From an uncultured Acidobacteriota bacterium (lineage in GTDB: Bacteria; Acidobacteriota; UBA4820; DSQY01), in assembly GCA_963772255.1 (NCBI GenBank), contig CAVYWK010000022.1, positions 149,797 to 213,796 on the forward strand: a stretch of DNA of 64,000 bases. Reading direction: 5' to 3'. The position numbers and the translations under genes were made by a program. The notes beneath the pieces are model-generated. The model worked only from the letters and a program-made list of their open reading frames with translations. It did not search any database and had not been told where the DNA came from. This document shows positions 1 to 9,085 of this stretch, piece after piece; positions within the stretch are counted from its first letter, which is position 1; each line of letters starts with the position of its first letter.

Positions 1-2
1 GC

Positions 3-362
3 ACCATATCGGAAAAACCGATAGAGGGAAGGCTTGGCGAAGTCCTGCTAAAAGACGACGCATATACCATCTTCAAAGAGGCTTCCACAAAGACTGAGTT
101 TAGCTTTGCGTTCGCGATTGTCGCTAAGGACAAAACAAGGGTTGAGGTCTATTGTCAGAGAGAGTTCGTCCAACACAGTAGGCTAGAAAAGGGCGATAAA
201 GGTGTCTATTACATTAGAACAATTAGCGACGCAACTAGGCAGCAGCTGAGGTATTATGGCACTAACGCTGCCGTGAAATTTGGAGAGTGCATCATTAGGG
301 TGTTTGAAGGGGACTGTCTGTACCGCTTCCATGCCTCTCTACCGTGGCCTGATTTGGCTTTT
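3..362 (+). CDS. Hypothetical protein, 5'-truncated by the window edge (low-GC gene)
   Basis: Frame 3 is open from the window start to TAG at 360-362 (120 codons). It is absent from the ORF track only because no start codon lies inside the window. Its low GC and codon usage differ from all other genes here. Confidence 0.4.
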
Positions 363-496
363 TAGCTAGCGGAAGACCGGGGTCTTGGGAGAGGCCGGGC
401 TGAGAGTCAAGACCGGGCTGATTATCACATCTAGCACCTCAGCAATTGAGCGCGCGTCGGGGTCGCGGAGGTTACGGACTACGCGCGCGTAACCAG

Positions 497-520
497 AAAG
501 CCCGCGTGGTGCGGGCTTTT
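497..520 (+). terminator. Rho-independent terminator hairpin (AAAGCCCGC-gtggt-GCGGGCTTT, then T run)
   Basis: Perfect 9 bp stem, 5 nt loop and T tract, read directly from the sequence. It lies between the low-GC ORF stop and the tRNA-Leu 3' end. Confidence 0.45.
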
Positions 521-524
521 GAGG

Positions 525-611
525 TGGTGCCGGAGCCGGGGGTCGAACCCGGACAGCCTTTCGGCCGAGGGATTTTAAGTCCCTTGCGTCTGCCAGTTCC
601 GCCACTCCGGC
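525..611 (-). tRNA. tRNA-Leu (anticodon TAA), type II with long variable arm, CCA encoded
   Basis: Manual fold: 7 bp acceptor stem GCCGGAG/CTCCGGC, anticodon stem-loop GGGAC-CTTAAAA-TCCC, T arm GGTTCGACCCC, 3' ACCA. Confidence 0.85.
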
Positions 612-673
612 TGGGGCCAGTATATCGCAGGCCCTGGCGGGGCGTGAGCCGGTGAGGCCCCCTGCGTCCCCCA

Positions 674-1760
674 TCAGCCCTGGGGAATCTTCGCGATGTC
701 CTCGGGCTTGAGGCCGAAGAGCTGCAGTTCGAATTTGGACTCCAGGTGGCCTTGCTTGGCGGCCTTGATGGTGAGCGCCTTGGCCGCCTCCTTGTCGAGG
801 GGAACACCCATTCCCGTGGCGTAGCACTTGGCGAGCTGGCGCTGGGCCGGGGCGTACCCCGCGTCCGCGGCCTTCTTCAGGAGGCGCGCTCCCTCCTCGG
901 GGGACTTCTCCACGCCGTCTCCCTCGAGGAAGACCATGGCGACGAGGACGAGGGAGGCCAGGTCCCCGCGGGCCGCCCCGGCCTGGAGGTCCTTCACGGT
1001 CGGCGCCGGCGCAGAGGGGTCACGGTATTCGGGGTAGAGCTGTCGGCAGCGGGCGAAGATCCGGGAGGCGACGGGAATGTCGGCGGAGGTGATGCGCCCG
1101 TCGGCGTAGCGCCGGGCGAAGAAGTACATGGCGTCGCCATGGCCTTGAGAGGCGGCCCGCGCGAGCCAGTAGAGGGCCTTGGTGGGATCCTTCGCGACGC
1201 CCCGCCCCTGCTCGAAGAGGTTGTAGAGGGCGAACTGCGCGTCGGCGTGGTTCCCCTTCGCCGCCAGGTCCAGGTAATAGGCCACCTTCGCGAAGTCGGG
1301 GGGCTCGAAATCCCCGCGGGCGTAGCGCATGGCCAGATCGTACTGGGCATTGGGGTCGCCCGCGTCGGCCGCGGCCCGGACGGGCTGGGAGTCGGCGAGC
1401 GCCTGACGGATGGTCCCGTCGATGGCGGCGAGGATCTGGCGGGACTTCTCGTGGCCCTGCCGGGCGGCCCGGGCGGCAAGGTCTCGCGCCTTGTACTGGT
1501 CCGCGGTCACGCCCTCTCCCTTGAGGTAGCACCCGCAGAGGAGGTACTGCGCCTCGGGCGCGCCCGCATCGGCGGCCCTGATCAGCCACGATGCCGCACC
1601 CTGGAGGTTTCCCTCCTTCTTCAACTCCGCGGCCAGCTCGATCTGGGCCGCGGTCTCGCCCCCCTCGGCCCGAGCGGTCAATCGCTCCCGCGGCGTGGGC
1701 TCGGGCTTCGGGGGCGGCGGGGGCGCCGCGGGGCGTCGCGGGCCATCTCCCGCCCCTCCC
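674..1760 (-). CDS. Sel1-like repeat protein, C-terminal frame. Probably continuous with 1678-2388 across a frame break; the start is undefined.
   Basis: Repeated Sel1 signatures (AQYLLCGCYLKGEGV, AQYDLAMRYARGDF, AQFALYNLFEQGRGVAKD). No ATG sits near the first repeat. The upstream Sel1 ORF ends at 1678, inside this frame. Confidence 0.55.
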
Positions 1761-2388
1761 GCATGATCGACTCCACCTGCTGGTTCATGAGGCCGCGCAT
1801 GAGGTCGGCGGCCTCCCTGCTCGTGAGGTTGACCGTGATCTTCTCCGGCTCGCCCAGCTCGCGACGGATGCCCGCCGCCAGGGGTTCGCCCCTCGGGTCG
1901 CCCGAGGCCCCGCACCGTTCGGCCCAGGGGAGGGCCGCGGCGAGATCGCGCGTCGTCCCGAGACCCTTCCCGTAGCACAGGGCGAGGTTGTACATGGAGT
2001 TGGGGTCTCCCAGCTCGGCTCCGCGCTTGAAGCAGCCGAACGCCTTGACGGGATCGGGGGGCACGCCCGAACCCTGCAGGTACATGACCCCCAGGTTGTA
2101 GATGCAGGCGGCGTGGTCCAGCTTCGCGCCGAGGGTCAAGAGGGCGTGAGCCTTGGTGAAGTCCTGCGGGATGATCTCCCCTTCGAGGCATATGAAGGCG
2201 AGTTCCCAGCAGGCGTCACCCGAGCCGTTCTGGGCGGCCATGCCGAGCCAGCGGGCGAACTCGCCGGTCTCGCCAAGATCGGGGTGGGCGCGGTAGAAGA
2301 CCCCCAGTTTGTACTGGAGCTCCACGTTCCCCGCCGAGGCCATCTGCCGCAGCGCGGCCAACTCTTCGGGGGTCATCTGCTCTGGCAT
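1678..2388 (-). CDS. Sel1-like repeat protein, N-terminal frame
   Basis: ATG at 2388 with GGAGG 5 nt upstream (MPEQMTPEELAALRQMASAGNVELQYKLGVFY...). Sel1 repeats throughout. Confidence 0.6.
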   Translation of the reverse strand: MPEQMTPEELAALRQMASAGNVELQYKLGVFYRAHPDLGETGEFARWLGMAAQNGSGDACWELAFICLEGEIIPQDFTKAHALLTLGAKLDHAACIYNLGVMYLQGSGVPPDPVKAFGCFKRGAELGDPNSMYNLALCYGKGLGTTRDLAAALPWAERCGASGDPRGEPLAAGIRRELGEPEKITVNLTSREAADLMRGLMNQQVESIMREGREMARDAPRRPRRPRSPSPRRGSD

Positions 2389-2736
2389 GAAGCCTCCACG
2401 TACCGGCCAATGTCCGATTCCCGTTCCGTCGCCTGGGAAAAGTAGAACACACGTCGAGAGCCTCATCCAGCGGATAGGGGTTCGGAGGTGGCGCCGCCGC
2501 GACGGGAAGAGATGAGATGCTGACCATGGCCACGGCCGGATGATGGCCCATGCGAAGAACCGGGTCAGGGGCCGTGCGAGCAGAAATTCGCCCGGCTCCG
2601 CCCGCGACCTCGCAGGCGGATTGCAAGCTCGCCCGAAAGTGTTACCTTGATGGCAGGATCGGACGGACCGGTGAGCCCATAGCCCGATGGCCGTCCAACT
2701 TTTCCGCCGGAGTTTGCGGCATCCCGGGGGGGTAAC

Positions 2737-4504
2737 ATGCCAAAGGATCCTTTCGACGAATCCCAGCTTGGAGATGTCGACATCGGCCGCCGGAAGTTTC
2801 TGCAAGAAGGGCGGCGCCGCGCTGGCCGCGGGAGTCACGCTGGCCTCCCTCCCAGCAGTTGCGGTCTCGGGCGGAGACCTCCCGTCGGATGCGGGACAGG
2901 AACCGGAGTCGGCGGAGGCCGCGGACCGGCCGTGGCGGCGCCCGAACCTCCTCTTCCTCATCACGGACCAGGAGCGCTATCCGCAGCACTGGCCGGAACA
3001 CTGGGCCGATGTGAATCTGCCCAACCGCAGGCGGCTCGCCGATCACGGACTGACCTTCACGCGCAACTTCTGCAACGCCGCCATGTGCTCGCCCAGCCGG
3101 GCCACGCTCTTCACGGGCCTCTACGCTTCGCAGCACCGCGTGACCCAGGTCCTGCAGTACGGCGGCCCCGATGACTGCGACGGGGACAACACCGGGCAGA
3201 CGACGCTCCAGCCCGGGCTCCAGACCATCGGCCGAATGCTCCTGGACGCGGGCTACGACGTGCAGTACCGCGGCAAGTGGCACATCAACAAGGACCCCAC
3301 CGGCACCATGCCCATCCAGAGCCCGGCGGACCTGGAACGGCACGGCTTCCCCGGCTGGATCCCGCCGGAGGCCGGAACCGATCAGAGCCCGACCGTGTTC
3401 GGCGGAGGGGACACCAACTACGACGCCCAGTACGCCTCCCAGGCGGCGGACTTTCTGAAGAGCGTCAACCCGGGGTCCTCCAAGCCCTTCGCGCTCTTCG
3501 TCTGTTTGGCCAACCCGCACGACCTCATGGGCTACCCGAGCACCTGGGACCAGCAGAGCTACAGCGACATCCCCCCGTTCGAGGGATCCCACAACTACCT
3601 CAAGGACGTGCCCCGCTGCTTCGAGCAGAACATCGATCTCCCGCCCACCGCCGGCGAGCCCCCCTTCGGGAACTTCAAGCCCCCGGCGCAGGGCGAATCC
3701 ACGATCATGTGGGCCTCCGGGCTGGGGACCCTCCTGAGAGAACAGGAGAAGCTGAACTACGTGAACTTCTACGCCTACCTGCACAAGCTGTCGGACGAAC
3801 ACTTCGGCACCGTTCTGGACGCGCTGGAGTCCAGGCATGCGTTGAGGAAACAGACCCTCGTCTTCGCCCTCTCCGATCACGGGGAGATGGGGCTGGCCCA
3901 CGGCGGCATGCGCGAGAAGGCCTACAACGCCTACGAGGAGACCATCCACGTGCCCCTCGTGGTCTCCAACCCCAAGCTCTTCCCCGGCCCCGTGCGGACC
4001 CAGGCTCTGGCGTCGCTCATCGATCTGATGCCCACCGTGGCCAACCTCGCGGGCGTGCAGAATCATGGGCGGTACACGTTCATGGGGCAAGACCTGACCC
4101 CCATCATCCAGGACGCCGTGGACCATCCGGCCAATCCCACCAAGACCGTGCAGGATTCCATCTACTTCACCACGGACGAGGTCCTCGGCGCGGAGATCGT
4201 GAGGTCGCCCAGCCACATCCGCTGCCTGCGCGAGGCGGGCTGGAAGGTCGCCGAGTATTTCGACCTGACGGCCGGAAATCCATCCCAGTTCGAGCTGTAC
4301 GACCTGGTCAACGACCCCCTCGAATCGCACAACATGGGCGACCCCGCCAACACCGCCTACTTCAACCCCGCCAAGCTGGCCGAGATGGTGGAGAAACTGC
4401 ATCGCAAGATGGAGGAGATCGATAACCACCCGTTCAGCGCGGTTGCGAAGCAGCGTGCGCCCCAGGCCAGGAAGCGGGGTTCCGTGCCGACCGGTACGGA
4501 ATGA
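2737..4504 (+). CDS. Cys-type sulfatase (arylsulfatase family) with Tat signal peptide. Frame break near 2800-2812 between the RR motif and the hydrophobic region.
   Basis: The sulfatase signature C-S-P-S-R (MCSPSRATLFTGLY) is present. The Tat motif GRRKFLQ is in the frame starting at ATG 2737 (GGGGGG SD), while the hydrophobic region GGAALAAGVTLASLPAVA and the rest of the protein are in the 2687 frame. Confidence 0.8.
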
Positions 4505-4538
4505 CCGCGGCGGCCAAGCGCCATAGGGTGGCCACGCC

Positions 4539-5792
4539 ATGATGGACACGCCAGGCAGTCCACCCGCCGGCTGCACGCGAGTCCCGACGCCTCCCCCCGC
4601 ATTCCACGTGATGGCCAAGCCGCGCGGGGCGGTGTGCAACTTGGACTGCGCCTATTGCTTCTACCTCCCCAAGGAGAAGCTTTACCCTGGCAGTGGTTTC
4701 CGGATGTCTGACGCGCTGCTGGAGGAGTACGTCCGCCAGCACATCGAGTCGCACCAAACGCCCGAAGTCACCTTCACCTGGCAGGGTGGCGAGCCCACGC
4801 TCATGGGGCTCGACTTCTTCCGGCGGGCTCTGGAGCTGCAACGGAAATACCGCAAGCCGGAAACGCAGATCCACAACGCGCTCCAGACGAACGCCACCAC
4901 GCTGGACGACGAATGGTGCCGGTTCTTCAGGGAAAATGGTTTCCTCGTCGGCGTCAGCCTCGACGGCCCGCGCCCGGTCCACGACGCCTACCGCGTGGAC
5001 CGGGGCGGCGCGCCGACCTTCGACAGGGTGATGGCCGGCCTCGCTCTCCTGCAGGTGCACGGGGTGGAGTTCAACGTCCTCGCCTGCGTCCATGCCGCGA
5101 GCGCCGGCCGCGGCCTGCAGGTCTACCGCTTCCTGCGCGACGACGTCGGGGCACCGATGATCCAGTTCATCCCCATCGTAGAGCGCGACAACACCACCGG
5201 ATTCCAAGAAGGCGACACGGTGGCGGCCCGCTCGGTCACCGGCAAGCAATACGGTGAGTTCCTGATCGCGGTCTTCGACGAGTGGGTGCGCCGCGATGTG
5301 GGCCGCGTGTTCGTACAGATCTTCGATGTGGCGCTGGGCGTCTGGTTCGGCCAGCCCTCCACGCTGTGCGTTCACGCCGAAACCTGCGGGGACGCACTGG
5401 CGCTGGAGCACAACGGCGATCTGTTCTCCTGCGACCACTTCGTGGAGCCCCGCCACAGGCTGGGGAACATCACGGAAACGCCCCTCGCCGACCTGGTCGC
5501 CTCGCCGCAGCAGCGCAAATTCGGGCTGGACAAGCGAAACTCGTTGCCACGGACCTGCCGTCAGTGTGAAGTTCGCTTCGTGTGCAACGGGGGCTGCCCG
5601 AAGGACCGCATCCTCACCGCCCCCGACGGCGAGCCGGGGCTCAACATTTTGTGCGAGGGGCTCAAGGCGTTCTTCACCCACATCGACCGCCCCATGAGCA
5701 TCATGGCGGACCTCCTCCGCCAGCGGCGCTCGCCGGCAGCCGTCATGCACCTCGCCGGTATGCCCGACCATTCGCGTCCGCCCGCGCCCTGA
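4539..5792 (+). CDS. Anaerobic sulfatase-maturating enzyme (radical SAM/SPASM, AslB/ChuR family)
   Basis: KPRGAVCNLDCAYCFY CxxxCxxC radical-SAM motif plus C-terminal Cys-rich SPASM region (CRQCEVRFVCNGGCP). Alternative start at ATG 4611. Confidence 0.85.
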   Translation: MMDTPGSPPAGCTRVPTPPPAFHVMAKPRGAVCNLDCAYCFYLPKEKLYPGSGFRMSDALLEEYVRQHIESHQTPEVTFTWQGGEPTLMGLDFFRRALELQRKYRKPETQIHNALQTNATTLDDEWCRFFRENGFLVGVSLDGPRPVHDAYRVDRGGAPTFDRVMAGLALLQVHGVEFNVLACVHAASAGRGLQVYRFLRDDVGAPMIQFIPIVERDNTTGFQEGDTVAARSVTGKQYGEFLIAVFDEWVRRDVGRVFVQIFDVALGVWFGQPSTLCVHAETCGDALALEHNGDLFSCDHFVEPRHRLGNITETPLADLVASPQQRKFGLDKRNSLPRTCRQCEVRFVCNGGCPKDRILTAPDGEPGLNILCEGLKAFFTHIDRPMSIMADLLRQRRSPAAVMHLAGMPDHSRPPAP

Positions 5793-5856
5793 AAACCTCG
5801 GCGCATCACCCGCCGGCCCGTCGGCCTCGGGGAGGGTTCCGCGGTATGATCGCCCC

Positions 5857-7504
5857 ATGAGTGAAGTCCTGCCCGGCATTCTCGCGCGGTCCCGACGGGG
5901 GCTCTGCCCGACCTGTGGCGCCGCGCTCCAACTCAAGGACTCCGAACGCCTCGTGACGTGCGGCTTCTGCGGAGCCCGGTCGAGCCTCGAGCGTCGCCTG
6001 CGGAAGCAGGACGCCGATGTGGACCTTCCCGAACTGGGCCCGGGCGAAGGCGGGGAACAGGACACGCGATGGCTCGCGGCCGCCATGGGCGAGAGTCGCC
6101 CCGAGAAGGTCACCTGCCCCGGTTGCGGCGATAAACTCGAGGGCGATCTCGCCCACGAGATCCTCACCTGCGCATCCTGCGGCACGCAGTGCAAGGTGGA
6201 GCGGCGCATGGTGCGCCCCCGGGCCGAGGCGCCCGTGGCGCCGGAGCGCCGCACCCGCGCGGACTTCGAGCTCCAGCGACGGGGTGGATCGACGCTCAAA
6301 TGGGATGTGGAGACCGAGCAGCTCATCTGGCGGATCCTCAACGAGCCCGACCTGGCGCGCCAGGTCGCCTACGCCCTCAAGTTCGAGGACTGGGCGTATC
6401 ATCAACGCCACGACGGTCTACTTCCTGCCGTTCCTGCTGGCCCTCGCGAAGCGGAGCGACCTGCGCCTGAGTGGCCCCCTCTGCGAGTGCGTCGGCAAGC
6501 TGCTGTGCCAGGAGGACGCCCGGCTCTTTGCGCCTACGCTCGAGGCCTGCGAGCCCTTCGCCCGGGACCCGCAGGGCTGCACCGAGCTCCTTCACCAGAT
6601 CGGGCTCGGCAACGCGCGGGGCATGAAGCTCCTGCTCGACGCGGCCGACGCGGCGGCCCGGGCGGGCGCCATGGACTATGCGGCCAACGCGCTCTGGGCG
6701 GCGCACTACATCGTGGAGCGGAACTACGACGAGCACCCGGTCATCTCCGAGATCATGCTCTACCGGCTCTTCTATCTCTCTCCCACGGTGATGGGATGGG
6801 TGTTGTACGTCATTCAGAGCGGCGAGGGCGGATACGTCTTCAGCGATCCCTATGCCCTGCTCGAGTTCATGGACGACTGCGCCTTCGAGCGGCCGGAACT
6901 GGTGAGCTTCCTGGCCACGCGCCCCTACGCGCCCGACGTCACCACCCTCACGGAATTGGCGGAACGCCTGGCGTTCATCGACGCGCGGCTCAGCAAACCG
7001 GCCAAGGCTGCCGCCCTGACGGCGCTGGCGAATATCGCCGACCAGGCGCCCGCCGACGTGCTCGCCTCGGCCGTGGCGTTCATGGATCCCTGGCTCGACG
7101 ACCCCGAATTATGCCCGGCGGCCACGACCCAGCTGCGGCGCTACATTAAGGCGGGAGACGACATTGCGCCGCCGCTGGTGGAGCTCATTCACCGACGAGG
7201 CCACTCCCTGCCCGAGATCGTGCAGCGTGAGGTGCACTGGAAGGCGCCTGAAAACACCCTCCTGGACCGCGGGAGGATTCCGCCCTACTACGACGGCGAG
7301 CCCGCGGCCACGATGGAGCCCGAGGTCGCGCAGGCGCTCGAGGCTTACGACACCGCCATCCGGCAGGCCGTGGACAGACGGGACGAGGAGAGGGAGGCGG
7401 CCAGGGCTTTCTGGCAAGAAGCGCGCGACCTGGAGGTCGATCTGTTCGGCGAAAACGGCCAAGAAGCCAGGGCTTCGACGGGAGCGGGGCATGAACCCCT
7501 CTAA
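5857..7504 (+). CDS. Hypothetical protein with two N-terminal zinc-ribbon modules and a roughly 400 aa uncharacterised C-terminal domain. Frame break near 6395-6415.
   Basis: CPTCG...CGFCG and CPGCG...CASCG motifs. The N-terminal part is in frame 5857 and continues in frame 6017 (IINATTVYFLPFLLALAKRS...). Confidence 0.5.
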
Positions 7505-7531
7505 CTACCTGTCTTTGGTGGGGAAAGAGTG

Positions 7532-7605
7532 TGGAGGCGCCGACCAGATTCGAACTGGTGATGGGGGCTTTGCAGGCCCCTGCCTTACCACTTGGCGACG
7601 GCGCC
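7532..7605 (-). tRNA. tRNA-Cys (anticodon GCA)
   Basis: Manual fold: acceptor GGCGCCG, anticodon stem-loop GGGGC-CTGCAAA-GCCCC, T arm GGTTCGAATCTGG, 3' CCA encoded. Confidence 0.8.
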
Positions 7606-7666
7606 CCACAGGCCTGACAGTATGGCTGGACGAGGATTTTCTGTCAACTTCCCGAGGAGCGCCCTG

Positions 7667-8977
7667 TCAGCAAAGCGCTGCCGCGCAGGCCAGGGCCTGG
7701 GTGTGCTCCCGGACATCGTGGACGCGCAGGACGGAGGCGCCCTTGAGCAGTGCCGCCGCGTGGAGGGCCAGGGTGCCGGGGAGCCTGTCGTCCACGGGCG
7801 CGCCGGTGAGCACGCCGATGGTGGCCTTGCGCGAAGCGCCCACCAGGATGGGGTAGCCCAGACAGGACAGGGCCTCCAGGTGGGCGACGAGGGCCAGATT
7901 GTCCTCGGCGCGCTTGGCGAAGCCGAATCCCGGGTCCACTAGGAGCAGGCCCGGCCCGAGACCCGCCGCTTCGGCGGCCTCCACTCGGCTGCGCAGCTCG
8001 CCCACGACCTCCGCCACGCAATCCTCGTAGTGCGGGGCGTCCTGCATGGTCTTGGGTTCGCCCCTCGAATGCATGAGGACGAGTGGCACTTGCCGCCGGG
8101 CGCAGAGCGGAATGAGCCCGGGGTCGGAGGCGCCCGCGGAAATATCGTTGATGAGGTCCGCCCCGGCGTCCAGGGCAGCGGAGGCCACGGCGGCTTTGGT
8201 GGTATCCACGGAGAGGGGCATGCGGGGCAGGGCCGCCCGGAGTCCTTCCACCACGGGCAACAGACGCCGCCTTTCCTCGTCTTCTGCCAGGGGTTCGGAC
8301 CCTGGGCGGCTCGACTCGGCACCCAGGTCGAGGAGGTGGGCTCCCTCCTCCGCTAGTTTCAGGCCGTGGGCGATGGCGGCAGCGGGATCGAGAAAGCGGC
8401 CGCCGTCACTGAAGGAGTCGGGCGTCACGTTGACCACGCCCATGACCAGGAAGCGGTGCCCTTCAAGCAGGTTCCGCCCGCGGGCCACGAGCGTTCTCGG
8501 CCGGTCCATTCTCTGGAGGCATGCCTCGATCTCGGCGGAAAGACCCTTCAGCCCGTAAGGCTGGGCTTTCAGCCCCTTGATGAGATAGCCGTACTGACGC
8601 CGCGTGCCCATGAGGAGGGCCTTCACCGGCCCGTGGACGAAGCGGCTCACGGTGTCGGGGAGCGCCACCTCGCCCCCCACGGAGAGCATGTCCTGCTTGA
8701 GGATGGAGGCGGCCCGCGCATCCAGCCCCTCGGCCCGTAGAAGGAGCGCGTCCATGCGGCGCATCAGGTGGGGAACGCCCTCCTGGCTCACCCCGAGGGC
8801 CAGCAGGTGGCGGCCGCGCTCCTCCCGCCGGAGGTCCAGCGGGAAGACGTTGAATCCGGATCTCCGGATGACCGTGGTTGCGGAAGGCGCTTTGTCCTTC
8901 ACGGCGACAGCATCAGCACCGTAGACAGTGCCGGTATGGGAGAAAGCCCATTTAAGAAGGAGAACCCACGGATCCAC
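7667..8977 (-). CDS. folP: Dihydropteroate synthase with a roughly 110-170 aa N-terminal extension; the start is uncertain
   Basis: The DHPS core is present (GVVNVTPDSFSDGG, pterin-binding domain). It lies downstream of ftsH, the conserved ftsH-folP arrangement. Confidence 0.8.
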   Translation of the reverse strand: MDPWVLLLKWAFSHTGTVYGADAVAVKDKAPSATTVIRRSGFNVFPLDLRREERGRHLLALGVSQEGVPHLMRRMDALLLRAEGLDARAASILKQDMLSVGGEVALPDTVSRFVHGPVKALLMGTRRQYGYLIKGLKAQPYGLKGLSAEIEACLQRMDRPRTLVARGRNLLEGHRFLVMGVVNVTPDSFSDGGRFLDPAAAIAHGLKLAEEGAHLLDLGAESSRPGSEPLAEDEERRRLLPVVEGLRAALPRMPLSVDTTKAAVASAALDAGADLINDISAGASDPGLIPLCARRQVPLVLMHSRGEPKTMQDAPHYEDCVAEVVGELRSRVEAAEAAGLGPGLLLVDPGFGFAKRAEDNLALVAHLEALSCLGYPILVGASRKATIGVLTGAPVDDRLPGTLALHAAALLKGASVLRVHDVREHTQALACAAALC

Positions 8978-9085
8978 GAATCGACGAGTCCACGCAACCC
9001 GAAGCCACCATAGGGTCCGCGATTATTGCCTATATTTTTCATGGGTTCACGGGCGCTTGGGCTCGTGGGCGCATGGGCTCTATCC

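Larger units (their letters stand above)
1..524. mobile_element. Putative edge of a horizontally acquired segment (genomic island or prophage end) abutting the 3' end of tRNA-Leu
   Basis: Positions 1-360 are about 46% GC versus about 68% for the rest of the window. The adjacent minus-strand tRNA-Leu 3' end at 525 faces this segment, which is the usual geometry for tRNA-targeted integration. The remainder of the element would lie outside the window. Confidence 0.3.

Noticed and set aside
366-827. Several 60-150 aa ORFs overlapping tRNA-Leu and the Sel1 gene (366-827, 446-655, 472-807)
   Set aside because: They overlap a clearly folded tRNA and its terminator. Their translations are Arg/Pro-rich and they have no SD or start context.
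2642-4639. 665 aa minus-strand ORF antisense to the sulfatase. Similar long antisense ORFs occur at 4434-6341, 9026-11152, 15005-16636, 21019-23514, 55139-56920, 56236-58350 and 61421-63862.
   Set aside because: These are typical stop-codon-poor shadow ORFs of about 68% GC DNA. Their translations are low-complexity (Arg/Gly/Pro/Ala-rich) with no motifs, and each lies opposite a well-supported gene.
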